Shown here: in pieces, positions 19,833-29,538 of the stretch
Position numbering within the stretch: the first letter of the stretch is position 1
How the letters are laid out: each line of letters begins with the position of its first letter
Assembly: GCA_964248365.1 (NCBI GenBank)
Contig: CAXTYC010000013.1
Span: forward strand, 60,235 to 124,234
Origin: an uncultured Chroococcidiopsis sp.
Lineage (GTDB): Bacteria; Cyanobacteriota; Cyanobacteriia; Cyanobacteriales; Chroococcidiopsidaceae
Length of the DNA: 64,000 bases
Reading direction: 5' to 3'
Position numbers and translations under genes: made by a program
The notes under the pieces: model-generated
What the model was told of the DNA's origin: nothing
The model's database searches: none
The model's input: only the letters and a program-made list of their open reading frames with translations

Positions 19833-20885
19833 ATGACCGTTACAACTCAAGTTCCCCATCTGCTGCGGGCAGCGAATGGTGAAGAATTAGACCGTCCACC
19901 TGTGTGGATGATGCGACAAGCAGGTCGCTATATGAAAGCTTATAGAGACTTACGAGAGAAATACCCTTCATTTCGCGATCGCTCAGAAATACCGGAAGTA
20001 GCAGTCGAGATTTCCTTGCAACCCTGGAGAGCATTCCAACCAGACGGAGTGATTCTATTTTCAGATATTGTAACCCCGTTACCAGGCATGGGGATTGAAA
20101 TGGATATCGCCGAAGGTAAAGGTCCAATTATCCAATCTCCAATTCGTAGTCAAGAACAAGTAGACGGGCTGCGTTCCTTAGAACCAGCAGAATCCTTGCC
20201 ATTTATCAAACAAATTTTACAAGCACTGCGGCAAGAAGTAGGAGACAAATCGACAGTACTAGGCTTCGTGGGTGCGCCTTGGACTTTATCCGCTTATGCC
20301 GTAGAAGGCAAAGGCTCAAAAAGCTACTCTGTGATCAAAGGTATGGCGTTCTCAGATCCGACGATCCTGCATAAGCTGCTAGGGAAATTTGCAGATGCGA
20401 TCGCCACTTATGTTCGCTACCAAATTGACTGCGGCGCACAAGTAGTGCAAATGTTTGATTCTTGGGCAGGTCAACTCAGCCCTCAAGATTATGAGACATT
20501 TGCCTTACCATATCAACAGCGCGTTTTCCGCCAAGTCAAATCCACTCATCCCGACACACCTCTAATCCTGCTTGTCAGCGGTAGTGCAGGCGTACTAGAG
20601 AAAATGGCTTTGTCGGGGGCTGATATTGTCACCGTAGATTGGACAGTCGATATGGCAGACGCACGGGCTAGATTAGGCAAAGATATTAAAGTACAGGGAA
20701 ATCTAGATCCTGGTGTATTATTTGGTTCTAAAGAGTTTATCCGCGATCGCATTTTGGACACTGTTCGCAAAGCCGGAAAACGAGGGCATATCCTCAATCT
20801 CGGTCACGGCGTTTTACCAAATACTCCAGAGGAGAATGTAGCTTTCTTCTTTGAAACAGCGAAGAATTTAGGGGCTAGGGGCTAG
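19833..20885 (+). CDS. hemE: uroporphyrinogen decarboxylase
   Basis: [24 protein letters not shown] and NLGHG motifs; ATG 19833 preferred over GTG 19821. Confidence 0.97.
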   Translation: MTVTTQVPHLLRAANGEELDRPPVWMMRQAGRYMKAYRDLREKYPSFRDRSEIPEVAVEISLQPWRAFQPDGVILFSDIVTPLPGMGIEMDIAEGKGPIIQSPIRSQEQVDGLRSLEPAESLPFIKQILQALRQEVGDKSTVLGFVGAPWTLSAYAVEGKGSKSYSVIKGMAFSDPTILHKLLGKFADAIATYVRYQIDCGAQVVQMFDSWAGQLSPQDYETFALPYQQRVFRQVKSTHPDTPLILLVSGSAGVLEKMALSGADIVTVDWTVDMADARARLGKDIKVQGNLDPGVLFGSKEFIRDRILDTVRKAGKRGHILNLGHGVLPNTPEENVAFFFETAKNLGARG

Positions 20886-20945
20886 GGAAGGAAGAGAGTT
20901 TGCTTTTAGCAAGCTAGCAGCCTCAAAGTATCCTAGTCGCCTAAT

Positions 20946-21335
20946 CTACTTTTCGAGGGACAAGGGTTGAAGCTTTGCTTTCAAAGATCTTTGTAAACCT
21001 CGAATCATCCTACCAATTTTATCTGTCTTTGAAAACACAGATTCTAAAATTTGCTGATCTAGATAATATAGTCTTTCCGCCAGAATTAGCTGAGTTTCTA
21101 GTTCTGCCAACGAACCTAAAGCTATTGAGAGGTGATGTAAAAATTCTTTTGTTGAATCTCTTGCGTGTCCTTCTGCAATATTGGATGGAATTGATACAGC
21201 GGCTCGTTGGATTTGACTACTTAACCCGTACATTTCCATCTTAGGGAAATACCCAGTTAAGCAATAAACTTGTTCCACCAAGTCGATACTGGCTTGCCAA
21301 ACCATTAAGTCTCGATAACTATTAACCGTACTCAT
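20946..21335 (-). CDS. four helix bundle protein (23S rRNA IVS protein / bAvd-like)
   Basis: YRDL.VWQ, FPK.E.YGL.SQ..RAAVSIPSNIAEG and GSL.ELETQ motifs. Confidence 0.93.
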   Translation of the reverse strand: MSTVNSYRDLMVWQASIDLVEQVYCLTGYFPKMEMYGLSSQIQRAAVSIPSNIAEGHARDSTKEFLHHLSIALGSLAELETQLILAERLYYLDQQILESVFSKTDKIGRMIRGLQRSLKAKLQPLSLEK

Positions 21336-21378
21336 TAAATAAATTACATAACTAATGTTACCAATTATACACGGATTT

Positions 21379-21498
21379 CCCTACATTCTCCCCAGCCCCC
21401 AGCCTCCAGCCCCTAGCCCCTACATTCTCCCCAGCCCCCAGCCCCCAGCCCCTAGCCCCTACATTCTCCCCAGCCCCCAGCCTCCAGCCTCCAGCCCC
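21379..21498. repeat. 3 x 39-bp tandem unit built from STRR heptamers
   Basis: ccctacattctccccagcccccagcc(t/c)ccagcc... starting at 21379, 21418 and 21457. Confidence 0.9.
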
Positions 21499-21503
21499 TC
21501 ACT

Positions 21504-22469
21504 ATGCGTATATTAGTAACTGGCGCAAGTGGCTGTATCGGTCACTACATTTGTCAAGCGTTGATTCAACAAACTGATCACGAACTGTATTTACTGGTTA
21601 GAAACCCGAATAAACTACAAGTGAATACCCAATATCGCCCTGGTATCACAGTTTTGCAGGGTGATATGAAAGAAATTGAGCAATTTGCACACTTGCTTAA
21701 AACAATAGATACTGCTGTACTAACAGCTACCTCTTGGGGTGGCGAAGATATATTTGAGATCAATGTCAATAAGACGCTTCGGTTATTGAATTTGCTAGAT
21801 CCAACCCGATGCCAGCAAGTAATTTACTTTTCAACTGCTAGCGTTTTGGATCGTCATAACAAATTACTTAAGGAAGCAGGTGAAATCGGTACAGACTACA
21901 TCCGTTCCAAATACGAATGCATCAGTAAATTATCACAAAGGGCGATCGCACCTCAAATTACTGTTCTCTTACCAACCCTCGTACTAGGAGGCGATGCCCA
22001 AAAACCTTATTCTCATCTTTCAGCTGGCTTATCAGAAGTACCAAAATGGATAAATCTAGCGCGTTTCTTCCAAGTTGATGGTAGTTTCCACTTTATTCAT
22101 GGGCGAGATATTGCCCAAGTAGTAAGATATCTAATTGACAATCCTCCCAACAACCAACCACGCCAATTTGTATTAGGGCAAAAGCGGTTAACAGTCAACC
22201 AGGCAATAGAAGAAATTTGCGCCTATCTAAATAAAAAAACTTACTTTCGGATTCCTCTATATCTATCTCTAGCCAATTTGTTTATCGTATTGTTCCGAAT
22301 TCAGATGGCAACTTGGGATAGATTTTGTCTTCAATATCGACATTTCACTTACGAAAATGTCATCAATCCAGATAGCTTTGGCTTACCAAATTATTGCCCT
22401 ACCCTCACTGATGTTTTAAAAATCAGCGGCATTCCACCTGGTATTAAAGACTCCAGCGTAAACACCTAG
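21504..22469 (+). CDS. NAD-dependent epimerase/dehydratase
   Basis: TGASGCIG and YIRSK motifs. Confidence 0.9.
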   Translation: MRILVTGASGCIGHYICQALIQQTDHELYLLVRNPNKLQVNTQYRPGITVLQGDMKEIEQFAHLLKTIDTAVLTATSWGGEDIFEINVNKTLRLLNLLDPTRCQQVIYFSTASVLDRHNKLLKEAGEIGTDYIRSKYECISKLSQRAIAPQITVLLPTLVLGGDAQKPYSHLSAGLSEVPKWINLARFFQVDGSFHFIHGRDIAQVVRYLIDNPPNNQPRQFVLGQKRLTVNQAIEEICAYLNKKTYFRIPLYLSLANLFIVLFRIQMATWDRFCLQYRHFTYENVINPDSFGLPNYCPTLTDVLKISGIPPGIKDSSVNT

Positions 22470-22605
22470 CTTTGGCATTTACTCACTTCTAGGGCAAGAT
22501 TACTTATTTTCTTCCTTCGCGTTCTTTGCGTCTAACGCCCTTTGGGCTTCGCTTCGCTGGTGCGGTTCATTAAATAGGCATTCTTTGGGTGAGAAGTGAG
22601 TAATA

Positions 22606-23901
22606 TTACACCTCTGCTTCAGACTTGGGTGATTCAGACACTGATTCAGGTAAAACCGGACGATGACTGAAAAATCGGAAATACATCGACACACAGAACT
22701 CTTTAATGGGAAATAGTACATAGGTAAGCGGATTGATTGCGACGATAATATTGCGGACATCGCGTTTAGCTAACGCCACAATCTGCCGCGCCACCCAATC
22801 ACTAGACATCACTCCAATCGGATTGAGAGTGCTTTTAAATGGTCCCAAAATTAATTTACGTACGGTGCAAGGAGCATCCAAACGACGTAAGGTAACTAAA
22901 TCCCCCAAAGCGCGTTTAGAAAGTTCGTATAGCGGACTAAAAGCGGGACTGACTTCTGCTTCCGAAGTATTAACCCACACTTCTTTGAGGGCTACATCTT
23001 CATTAGTGCGGACGGTGGTAAAAAACAGTTCCAATAGTCGCCAGGTTGAGAAAGTATTGACTTCGTAGGAAGAGGCGATCGCATCTGGCGTTCTTGTGCC
23101 TTGTACATTAATACCATGATTGAGGACAAGAATATCTACTTTTTCTAACAATTGGGTCAGTTCAGCTTCATTACCCACCTGCCAGGTAATCGTTTTTACC
23201 GTCAGGGTTTCACCATTCACCATCAGAGTAACAGGCTCTGACTTGGTAGTAAGGGCTACCACCTTCGCGCCTGCTTGATGTAGATGCAGCAGGAGACTTC
23301 GCCCCAATGTTCCCGATGCTCCTGTTAGGGCAACTGTCTTACCCTTTAATGCCAGTGCTGTACCCATCAGCTTGTCTACAAAAGTAAAAGTACTGCAATA
23401 GTAAGCATTATCATCATCAAAGTGATGCCGCCAGTGATAAGGTCGATTCACTAACCAACTTGCTGGAGGAGCGGTGAAAGCACCAGGTAGGTGAGTTACA
23501 TCTGTTACTTCCCGCGCCCATTCGCTACCGCTGCCACGCGCTAGACAGCTAACCAGAAACATCAAAGTGTAAAGCGTTCCTGTTAAGGCTGCCCACTGGC
23601 AGTTAGGCATCCACAGCCTGCATCCCCACCACGCCAAGAGCGTAAACACCAACATCACCAGGCATTCGGGCAAATCGTTACGCAGTTGTGCCTGACGATA
23701 GACTGTAGCATTTGGAACAGTCAAATCGCGGCGAAACGCGCGATGATGCCATACGTGTTGTCGATATAGCAGTGACCAGCGATGGGATAAGACATGATAT
23801 GAATCCCGCACCAGTTCCGCCCATAAGACAGATCCTACTCCCCAAGCTGTGTTTGCTATCCAAAAGGACACCATACCAAAACACCCACACTCCAAAATCA
23901 T
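22606..23901 (-). CDS. bifunctional sterol desaturase / short-chain dehydrogenase
   Basis: His boxes (HVWHH, HWRHH) followed by TGASGTLG and YELSK; start uncertain. Confidence 0.85.
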   Translation of the reverse strand: MILECGCFGMVSFWIANTAWGVGSVLWAELVRDSYHVLSHRWSLLYRQHVWHHRAFRRDLTVPNATVYRQAQLRNDLPECLVMLVFTLLAWWGCRLWMPNCQWAALTGTLYTLMFLVSCLARGSGSEWAREVTDVTHLPGAFTAPPASWLVNRPYHWRHHFDDDNAYYCSTFTFVDKLMGTALALKGKTVALTGASGTLGRSLLLHLHQAGAKVVALTTKSEPVTLMVNGETLTVKTITWQVGNEAELTQLLEKVDILVLNHGINVQGTRTPDAIASSYEVNTFSTWRLLELFFTTVRTNEDVALKEVWVNTSEAEVSPAFSPLYELSKRALGDLVTLRRLDAPCTVRKLILGPFKSTLNPIGVMSSDWVARQIVALAKRDVRNIIVAINPLTYVLFPIKEFCVSMYFRFFSHRPVLPESVSESPKSEAEV

Positions 23902-24006
23902 TTATTAGCTTTTAGCGGTAACTGGGAAAGACGTAGCACTGCTACGTCTCTACTGGTAACTGGTAACTGGTAACTGGTAACTGCGCGTCGCTAACCGCTA
24001 TTTTAG

Positions 24007-24102
24007 TTAAAGCACCTTGATAGCGCGTAGACCGAAAAGCAAACCAACTGCAAGGGCAATAAATCCGCCCAGCATTCCAATGTAAGCAATTACAGCAAAC
24101 AT
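24007..24102 (-). CDS. petL: cytochrome b6f subunit PetL
   Basis: Hand translation MFAVIAYIGMLGGFIALAVGLLFGLRAIKVL* (31 aa, one TM, LLFGLR..K.L end); not in ORF track. Confidence 0.88.
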   Translation of the reverse strand: MFAVIAYIGMLGGFIALAVGLLFGLRAIKVL

Positions 24103-24191
24103 TTACGTTTCTCCAAAAAAATCTATAAAACTATTGAAACATTTACTGAGATAAAATACAGCCAGGTGGGCGATCGCTAAAAGGAAGAGTA

Positions 24192-25307
24192 ATGGGTTCT
24201 GTTATTGATGTAAATGTACCGCAGCAGTCTTATCAGATTGTAATTGAGGCGCAAAGTCTAGATGATCTGGGTAAATGGATGAGTCGCCTAAATCTAGGCA
24301 AAAAAGTCTTGGTGGTTTCCAATCGGGAAATTTTTCGGCATTATGGTGAACGGGCGATCGCTTCCATTTCTTGTGCTGGCTTTGACGTAACTAGCTGCAC
24401 TATTGAAGCAGGTGAAGAATACAAAACCCCTGCCACAGTCCAAAAAATCTACGATGCTGCTGTTGACATCCCGTTAGAACGTTCTTCCACCCTAGTAGCT
24501 TTAGGTGGGGGCGTAATTGGCGATATGACTGGCTTTGCTGCTGCTACTTGGCTACGAGGCATCAACTTTGTGCAAGTGCCAACTACACTTTTAGCGATGG
24601 TAGATGCATCAATTGGTGGTAAAACTGGAGTTAATCACCCCAAAGGTAAAAACTTGATCGGGGCATTCTATCAACCTAAATTAGTTTTAATTGACCCGCA
24701 GGTACTTGACACCCTACCAGATAGAGAGTATAGAGCGGGAATGGCAGAAGTGATTAAGTACGGCATCATCTGGGATGCTGATTTATTCAAGCAGATGGAA
24801 CAGAGCGATCGCCTAGATGAATTATGCTACCTAAACCCCAATTTACTTCAAGAGATCCTCACCCGTTCCTGTCAAGCTAAAGCTGATGTAGTTAGCAAGG
24901 ATGAAAAAGAAACCGACCTGAGAGCAATTCTCAACTACGGACACACAATTGGTCATGCAGTTGAAAGTTTGACAGGTTATCGCTTAGTCAATCATGGTGA
25001 AGCCGTTGCCATTGGTATGGTAGCAGCGGGTAAATTAGCTGTCCAGATAAAAAAGTGGCAATATTCAGATGCCCAACGTCAAGATGCTTTGATTCAAAAA
25101 GCTGGGCTTCCTACACAGCTACCAGCCCGACTAGATATTCAAGCAATAATAGACGCTTTACAAACCGACAAGAAAGTTAAAGATGGTGAAGTGCGATTTG
25201 TTCTACCTAAGCAGATTGGCAAGGTAAAAGAACTCGACGACGACAAAGTAACTGACACAGTGCCATCCGACACCATCCGTCAAGTACTGCAACAAATGCA
25301 ACCATAA
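24192..25307 (+). CDS. aroB: 3-dehydroquinate synthase
   Basis: [26 protein letters not shown] and [10 protein letters not shown] motifs. Confidence 0.97.
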   Translation: MGSVIDVNVPQQSYQIVIEAQSLDDLGKWMSRLNLGKKVLVVSNREIFRHYGERAIASISCAGFDVTSCTIEAGEEYKTPATVQKIYDAAVDIPLERSSTLVALGGGVIGDMTGFAAATWLRGINFVQVPTTLLAMVDASIGGKTGVNHPKGKNLIGAFYQPKLVLIDPQVLDTLPDREYRAGMAEVIKYGIIWDADLFKQMEQSDRLDELCYLNPNLLQEILTRSCQAKADVVSKDEKETDLRAILNYGHTIGHAVESLTGYRLVNHGEAVAIGMVAAGKLAVQIKKWQYSDAQRQDALIQKAGLPTQLPARLDIQAIIDALQTDKKVKDGEVRFVLPKQIGKVKELDDDKVTDTVPSDTIRQVLQQMQP

Positions 25308-25309
25308 AC

Positions 25310-25439
25310 TAGGGGCTGGGGGCTGGGGGCTTGGGAAAGAGTAGGGGGATCTGGGGGAGAAAACCCAATTCAAGGCTCCAAAATTCACCAGCCTCTAGCC
25401 TCTAGCCTCTAGCCTCTAGCCTCTAACCTCTAGCCCCTC
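25310..25439. repeat. inverted pair of STRR arrays: G-rich (taggggc/tgggggc) then (gcctcta)n
   Basis: Directly visible downstream of aroB. Confidence 0.8.
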
Positions 25440-25588
25440 GTTAACTACTTAACAACGCCCGAATGACCTGGGATATTTCCCATCGGTTCGATTCATCTTA
25501 CTCGTTACCAGGCGCTTAGCTTGGTAACGAGCAAGTGGAGATGCTGTGCATCACGCTAATCAAGTCTTCCCCAGCAAACAGAGCTATT

Positions 25589-25768
25589 AAGCTATTGCAT
25601 ATAAAAAAGGCAAGAGGAACCAGAGGCGAGAGGAAAAACATCTATTAATAACGTAAATCACCGAAATAAACGAAAAATCAAGCTTAAGCGCCTCTTACCT
25701 CTTGCCTCTTACCTCTGGTTCCTCTTACCTCTTGCTATCATCACTAAAAATTAAATGTACATCAGCTT
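25589..25768. mobile_element. MITE-like element
   Basis: Imperfect terminal IR aagctattgcatataa / ttaaatgtacatcagctt; internal perfect 15-bp IR at 25612-25626 / 25712-25726; no ORF. Confidence 0.45.
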
Positions 25769-25798
25769 ACAAACAAGAGGATCTAACCAAAAACCAGA

Positions 25799-26677
25799 TT
25801 ACCGCTGCTTTAGGTAGGAGCTAGGATCTTCAGCCACCCATCCCACATCAGAAGCATATCGCATTTCAAAATGCAGATGTGGTTGAGGCGAACTTGGAGT
25901 TCCACTCGTTCCGACTGTCCCCAATAAATCACCTTGCTTAACTTTCTGACCAACTTTCACCCTGATATTTTTTAGTTGGGCGTAGCGGCTTTGTTTTCCC
26001 CCTGGGTGATTTACAACCACCAAATTGCCGTAACTTCCTTGTTTACCAGCAAACGCCACTGTTCCCGCACCCACTGCTTTGACTGACGTGCCTATTGGTG
26101 CTAGTAAGTCTAAACCACTATGGAAAGCAACTTTACCTGTAGCAGGATTGAGTTGCCAACCATAACCTAATGCTACAGTTGCAACTGAGGGCAAAGGATA
26201 TCCTGCTACAACAGGTACAGAATCAGGACGCTTTGGCGACCAATTTACGCCAGGGACAAATACTACTTTCGGCGCTGTTTGACAGCCATTTATCTCGAAT
26301 AGAACATCAGGACGGACTTTGTAGTTTTGTGCCACTTGCTGCAAAGTTTGACCTGGTTGCACTTCTACGCGGATACCATTGTAAGGAGGAACCAAAATTT
26401 CCCTACCCACAGGCACTTTATTGCTGTTTTGCAAAGCCGGATTCATGCCCATGAGCGTAGCAGGAATCAGGTTGTATTGCTGCGCTATGCTCTCTATAGT
26501 TTCGCCTGGTGCAACTTTATGGTGAATGACGCGAGACAAGGCAGGTTGAGAGCAAGTAGAGGCTTGGGATAATAAAATGCCTACACCATTGGCACGGGTA
26601 GGATTGGCTTGAGCAGGTGTTGGTACAACAGAGCTGATAAATGTTAAGAGCAAGAGTAGCCTGGGGCTTGAATTCAT
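25799..26677 (-). CDS. LysM-domain M23 family peptidase
   Basis: Signal peptide, two LysM repeats, HSGLD and PHLHFE motifs. Confidence 0.9.
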   Translation of the reverse strand: MNSSPRLLLLLTFISSVVPTPAQANPTRANGVGILLSQASTCSQPALSRVIHHKVAPGETIESIAQQYNLIPATLMGMNPALQNSNKVPVGREILVPPYNGIRVEVQPGQTLQQVAQNYKVRPDVLFEINGCQTAPKVVFVPGVNWSPKRPDSVPVVAGYPLPSVATVALGYGWQLNPATGKVAFHSGLDLLAPIGTSVKAVGAGTVAFAGKQGSYGNLVVVNHPGGKQSRYAQLKNIRVKVGQKVKQGDLLGTVGTSGTPSSPQPHLHFEMRYASDVGWVAEDPSSYLKQR

Positions 26678-26768
26678 GGGATTTGTGAATAGTTCAACTC
26701 ACTTGTGCTATTGCTTGATTACACTTAGAAGTTAGCATCTACATTTTTGTCTATAGGCGTAAAGATAT

Positions 26769-27980
26769 ATGATTTCTTTCAAAAATGTGGCTATTTCTGT
26801 CACTTTACTGGCGCTTGGCGGTGCTGCTGGATTATGGGGTAGTCGCTATCTGCCATTAGACAATAATCTAGTTGATCCGTCACAAACCATTCCCGTAGCC
26901 CATCCGCCAACTTCCCTGCGGCAAAATGCCACTGTTCCGATGAATGGTATAGCAGCAAGCAGCGATCGCAATTTTATCGCAGAGGCAGTGGAACAGGTAG
27001 GCGATGCTGTTGTTAGAATTAATGCTACCCGCAAAGTAGTCAATCCTATCCCCGAAGCTTTCAATCATCCCTTGTTTCGTCGGTTCTTTGGTGGGCAGGA
27101 AAAACCAATTCCAGAAGAACGAATTGAGCGGGATACTGGTTCTGGATTTATTTTAAGCGCTGATGGGCGTTTACTCACCAACGCTCATGTAGTAGGAGAT
27201 GCAAGTACAGTTCAAGTTACGCTCAAAGATGGTCGCACTTTTGAAGGTAAGGTGGTAGGAGTTGATCCGGTCACTGATGTGGCAGTAGTGAAAATTCAAG
27301 CTAGCCATTTGCCAATTGCGAAGATAGGCGACTCAAAACACCTAATTCCAGGTCAGTGGGCGATCGCTATTGGTAATCCTCTTGGCTTAGATAATACAGT
27401 AACCGTTGGTATTATCAGCGCCATAGACCGCACTAGCGCCCAAGTTGGTATCCCAGACAAGCGCGTCAACTTTATTCAGACTGATGCTGCTATCAACCCA
27501 GGTAACTCTGGTGGTCCACTCTTAAATGCCGAAGGTGAGGTAATTGGCATTAATACAGCCATTCGCACTGATGCTCAAGGTCTTGGTTTTGCGATTCCAA
27601 TTGAGACTGCTACCCGCATTGCTAATCAACTTTTTAGCAAAGGGCGGATTGAGCATCCGTTCTTAGGGATACAGATGGTAGATTTATCTCCAGTTACAAA
27701 AGCAGAACTTATCCAACAGTCAAACCTCAACATTAAACAAGATAGTGGTGTTTTGATTGTGCGCGTCATCAATCAATCACCTTCATATTTAGCTGGTCTA
27801 CGTGCAGGCGATATTATTCAAAAAATTAACGGCATATCAATCAAAAAGTCTGGCGAGGTGCAAGAGCAAGTAGAATCGAGTACCATCGGGACAATGTTGA
27901 AAATGGAAGTTAACCGCCAGGGACGTATTCAAATTTTCAGTGTCAAGCCAGGAGCTTTCCCAGCTGATGAATTAGGGTAA
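26769..27980 (+). CDS. HhoA/HhoB/HtrA serine protease with PDZ domain
   Basis: TNAHVV, TDAAINPGNSGGPL and C-terminal PDZ. Confidence 0.93.
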   Translation: MISFKNVAISVTLLALGGAAGLWGSRYLPLDNNLVDPSQTIPVAHPPTSLRQNATVPMNGIAASSDRNFIAEAVEQVGDAVVRINATRKVVNPIPEAFNHPLFRRFFGGQEKPIPEERIERDTGSGFILSADGRLLTNAHVVGDASTVQVTLKDGRTFEGKVVGVDPVTDVAVVKIQASHLPIAKIGDSKHLIPGQWAIAIGNPLGLDNTVTVGIISAIDRTSAQVGIPDKRVNFIQTDAAINPGNSGGPLLNAEGEVIGINTAIRTDAQGLGFAIPIETATRIANQLFSKGRIEHPFLGIQMVDLSPVTKAELIQQSNLNIKQDSGVLIVRVINQSPSYLAGLRAGDIIQKINGISIKKSGEVQEQVESSTIGTMLKMEVNRQGRIQIFSVKPGAFPADELG

Positions 27981-28074
27981 GGCGAATAAAACGCACAGCG
28001 CGTAATTCGTAATTAATTACTAATTGTTGCAAAACGACTTGAGGCACAGCTAGTGCCTGGGAGAATTTTAAACT

Positions 28075-28419
28075 TTATTCTCCAGTGTTGAAGTCGTGGG
28101 GTAGGGCTACAGAGTCTACTAAATCTTCTAGCTGCATTCTCTGTTCCATCTGACGCAGAAAGTATCCTGTCATCATCGCCGAGGCTAATATACCAGCTAA
28201 ATTGTCTCGGTCGGTGATAATTTTAACGTTAAAATTTTCTGAAGGTAACATTCCCACTAGCCCTTGGACGTTGTGAGAAATAATCTGTTGAATTTCAGGG
28301 CTAACTGATTTAGCAACGCGAGCTAAAATTTCTGGTGATTGGCGCTGGAGATATTTTAGAAGTTGGTTAGCTTGAGCTTCTTCAGGGTTTTCACTCAAAA
28401 AATCAGGATTAAAGGTCAT
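28075..28419 (-). CDS. DUF760 family protein
   Basis: N.LLKYLQ and LASAMMTGYFLRQMEQRM.LE motifs. Confidence 0.88.
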   Translation of the reverse strand: MTFNPDFLSENPEEAQANQLLKYLQRQSPEILARVAKSVSPEIQQIISHNVQGLVGMLPSENFNVKIITDRDNLAGILASAMMTGYFLRQMEQRMQLEDLVDSVALPHDFNTGE

Positions 28420-28828
28420 AAGCAGTTTTATTTAGCTGGTTTGCGAACTGAGTGACAGGGAACGCGCTTTTGACGGTTTAGCCTTAGTCTATGGAATTTT
28501 AGCTTTCGGTTTTGGCTGCAAGTTTAATCTAAGCACTCTGTCAAAACACGGTTTACCCTACTGCACTATTAAATTACGCTCTGAAGTACATTAAGAACGA
28601 GTTCTGTGCTATTCAACTCATCCTAAATGCCTATATTTTTTAATTTATTTTAGCTTTTCTTAACTTTAACTGAATTTATTAGATTAATTGCCTTGCCTAA
28701 TCACCAATTTTTTTACTGATTTATGTATTGTATCAGATTATTCATATAGCTGGCTAGAGAGATTTTACTGAACTAGGGGCGCTCTTGCTAGGGGCTAGGG
28801 GCGAGAGGATTTTGGATTTTAGATTTTG

Positions 28829-28873
28829 GAGCCACTCGCGTGCGCGGGTTCCCCGCGTTGAGCGAAGTGGCGT
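28829..28873 (-). repeat. 45-nt structured small dispersed element inside a (GATTTTG)n array
   Basis: Reverse complement acgccacttcgctcaacgcggggaacccgcgcacgcgagtggctc; same family as 10014-10058. Confidence 0.75.
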
Positions 28874-28951
28874 GATTTTGGATTGGAAATATTTGCTCTC
28901 CCTTCTGCTCCCCTGCCAAAGTGCTCCCCTGCCAAAGTGCCCCCCTGCCCC

Positions 28952-29443
28952 CTACTCCCTTTTTAGAGCCAGCGGTTCTGGGAGTTGCTCTAATTGAAAA
29001 TATTGATGAAATTTGTCAGTGATATGTAGCAGCGAGGAACGGGAATCAGAGGAGCGACGTTTGCGGACAAAACCCCTCTCGACAAGTTCTTGAACGTGCT
29101 GATAAGCACCAGAACCACGCACGTTAACTAGTTCGGTTTGGGTAATGGGGTTGTGAAGAGCGATCGCTGCTAAAGTCCTTAATGCGCCTACGCCTAATTC
29201 TACGGGAATTAGAGTTTGCACTAAATTCTGAAAACTAGAGCGTAGCTGGAGGCTGTAACCATTTGGAGTTTCGACAATCTCCAGGGCGCTTTCGCGGTGG
29301 GCGTAGTCGTCGATCAATTCGATTAGTCCTTCTTCAACCAGGGCGCTTTCGCAACAGGCTAAGGATGCAATTTCTGCGATCGTCAGCGGTTGACCCTTTA
29401 GGTAAAGAATTGCTTCTATTTTAGTCGCCAAATGCACGGTCAT
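28952..29443 (-). CDS. scpB: SMC-Scp complex subunit ScpB
   Basis: IEAILY, LRTLAAIA...PITQ..L...RG motifs. Confidence 0.92.
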   Translation of the reverse strand: MTVHLATKIEAILYLKGQPLTIAEIASLACCESALVEEGLIELIDDYAHRESALEIVETPNGYSLQLRSSFQNLVQTLIPVELGVGALRTLAAIALHNPITQTELVNVRGSGAYQHVQELVERGFVRKRRSSDSRSSLLHITDKFHQYFQLEQLPEPLALKRE

Positions 29444-29538
29444 TTGTGAGGGGTGAGGAGTTAGTGGAACCAGTGGAACCAGTGGAACTAGTGGAACTAG
29501 TGGCTAGTCACTGGTTCCACTAGTCACTATTTTTTACT

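Noticed and set aside
20946..21335. Diversity-generating retroelement or rRNA intervening sequence
   Set aside because: No reverse transcriptase, TR/VR pair or rRNA sequence was seen in the window.
21379..21498. 39-bp repeats as a CRISPR array
   Set aside because: The units are directly tandem with no unique spacers, are made of STRR heptamers, and no cas genes are nearby.
28785..28997. 70-aa ORF
   Set aside because: It consists of STRR arrays plus the 45-nt element.
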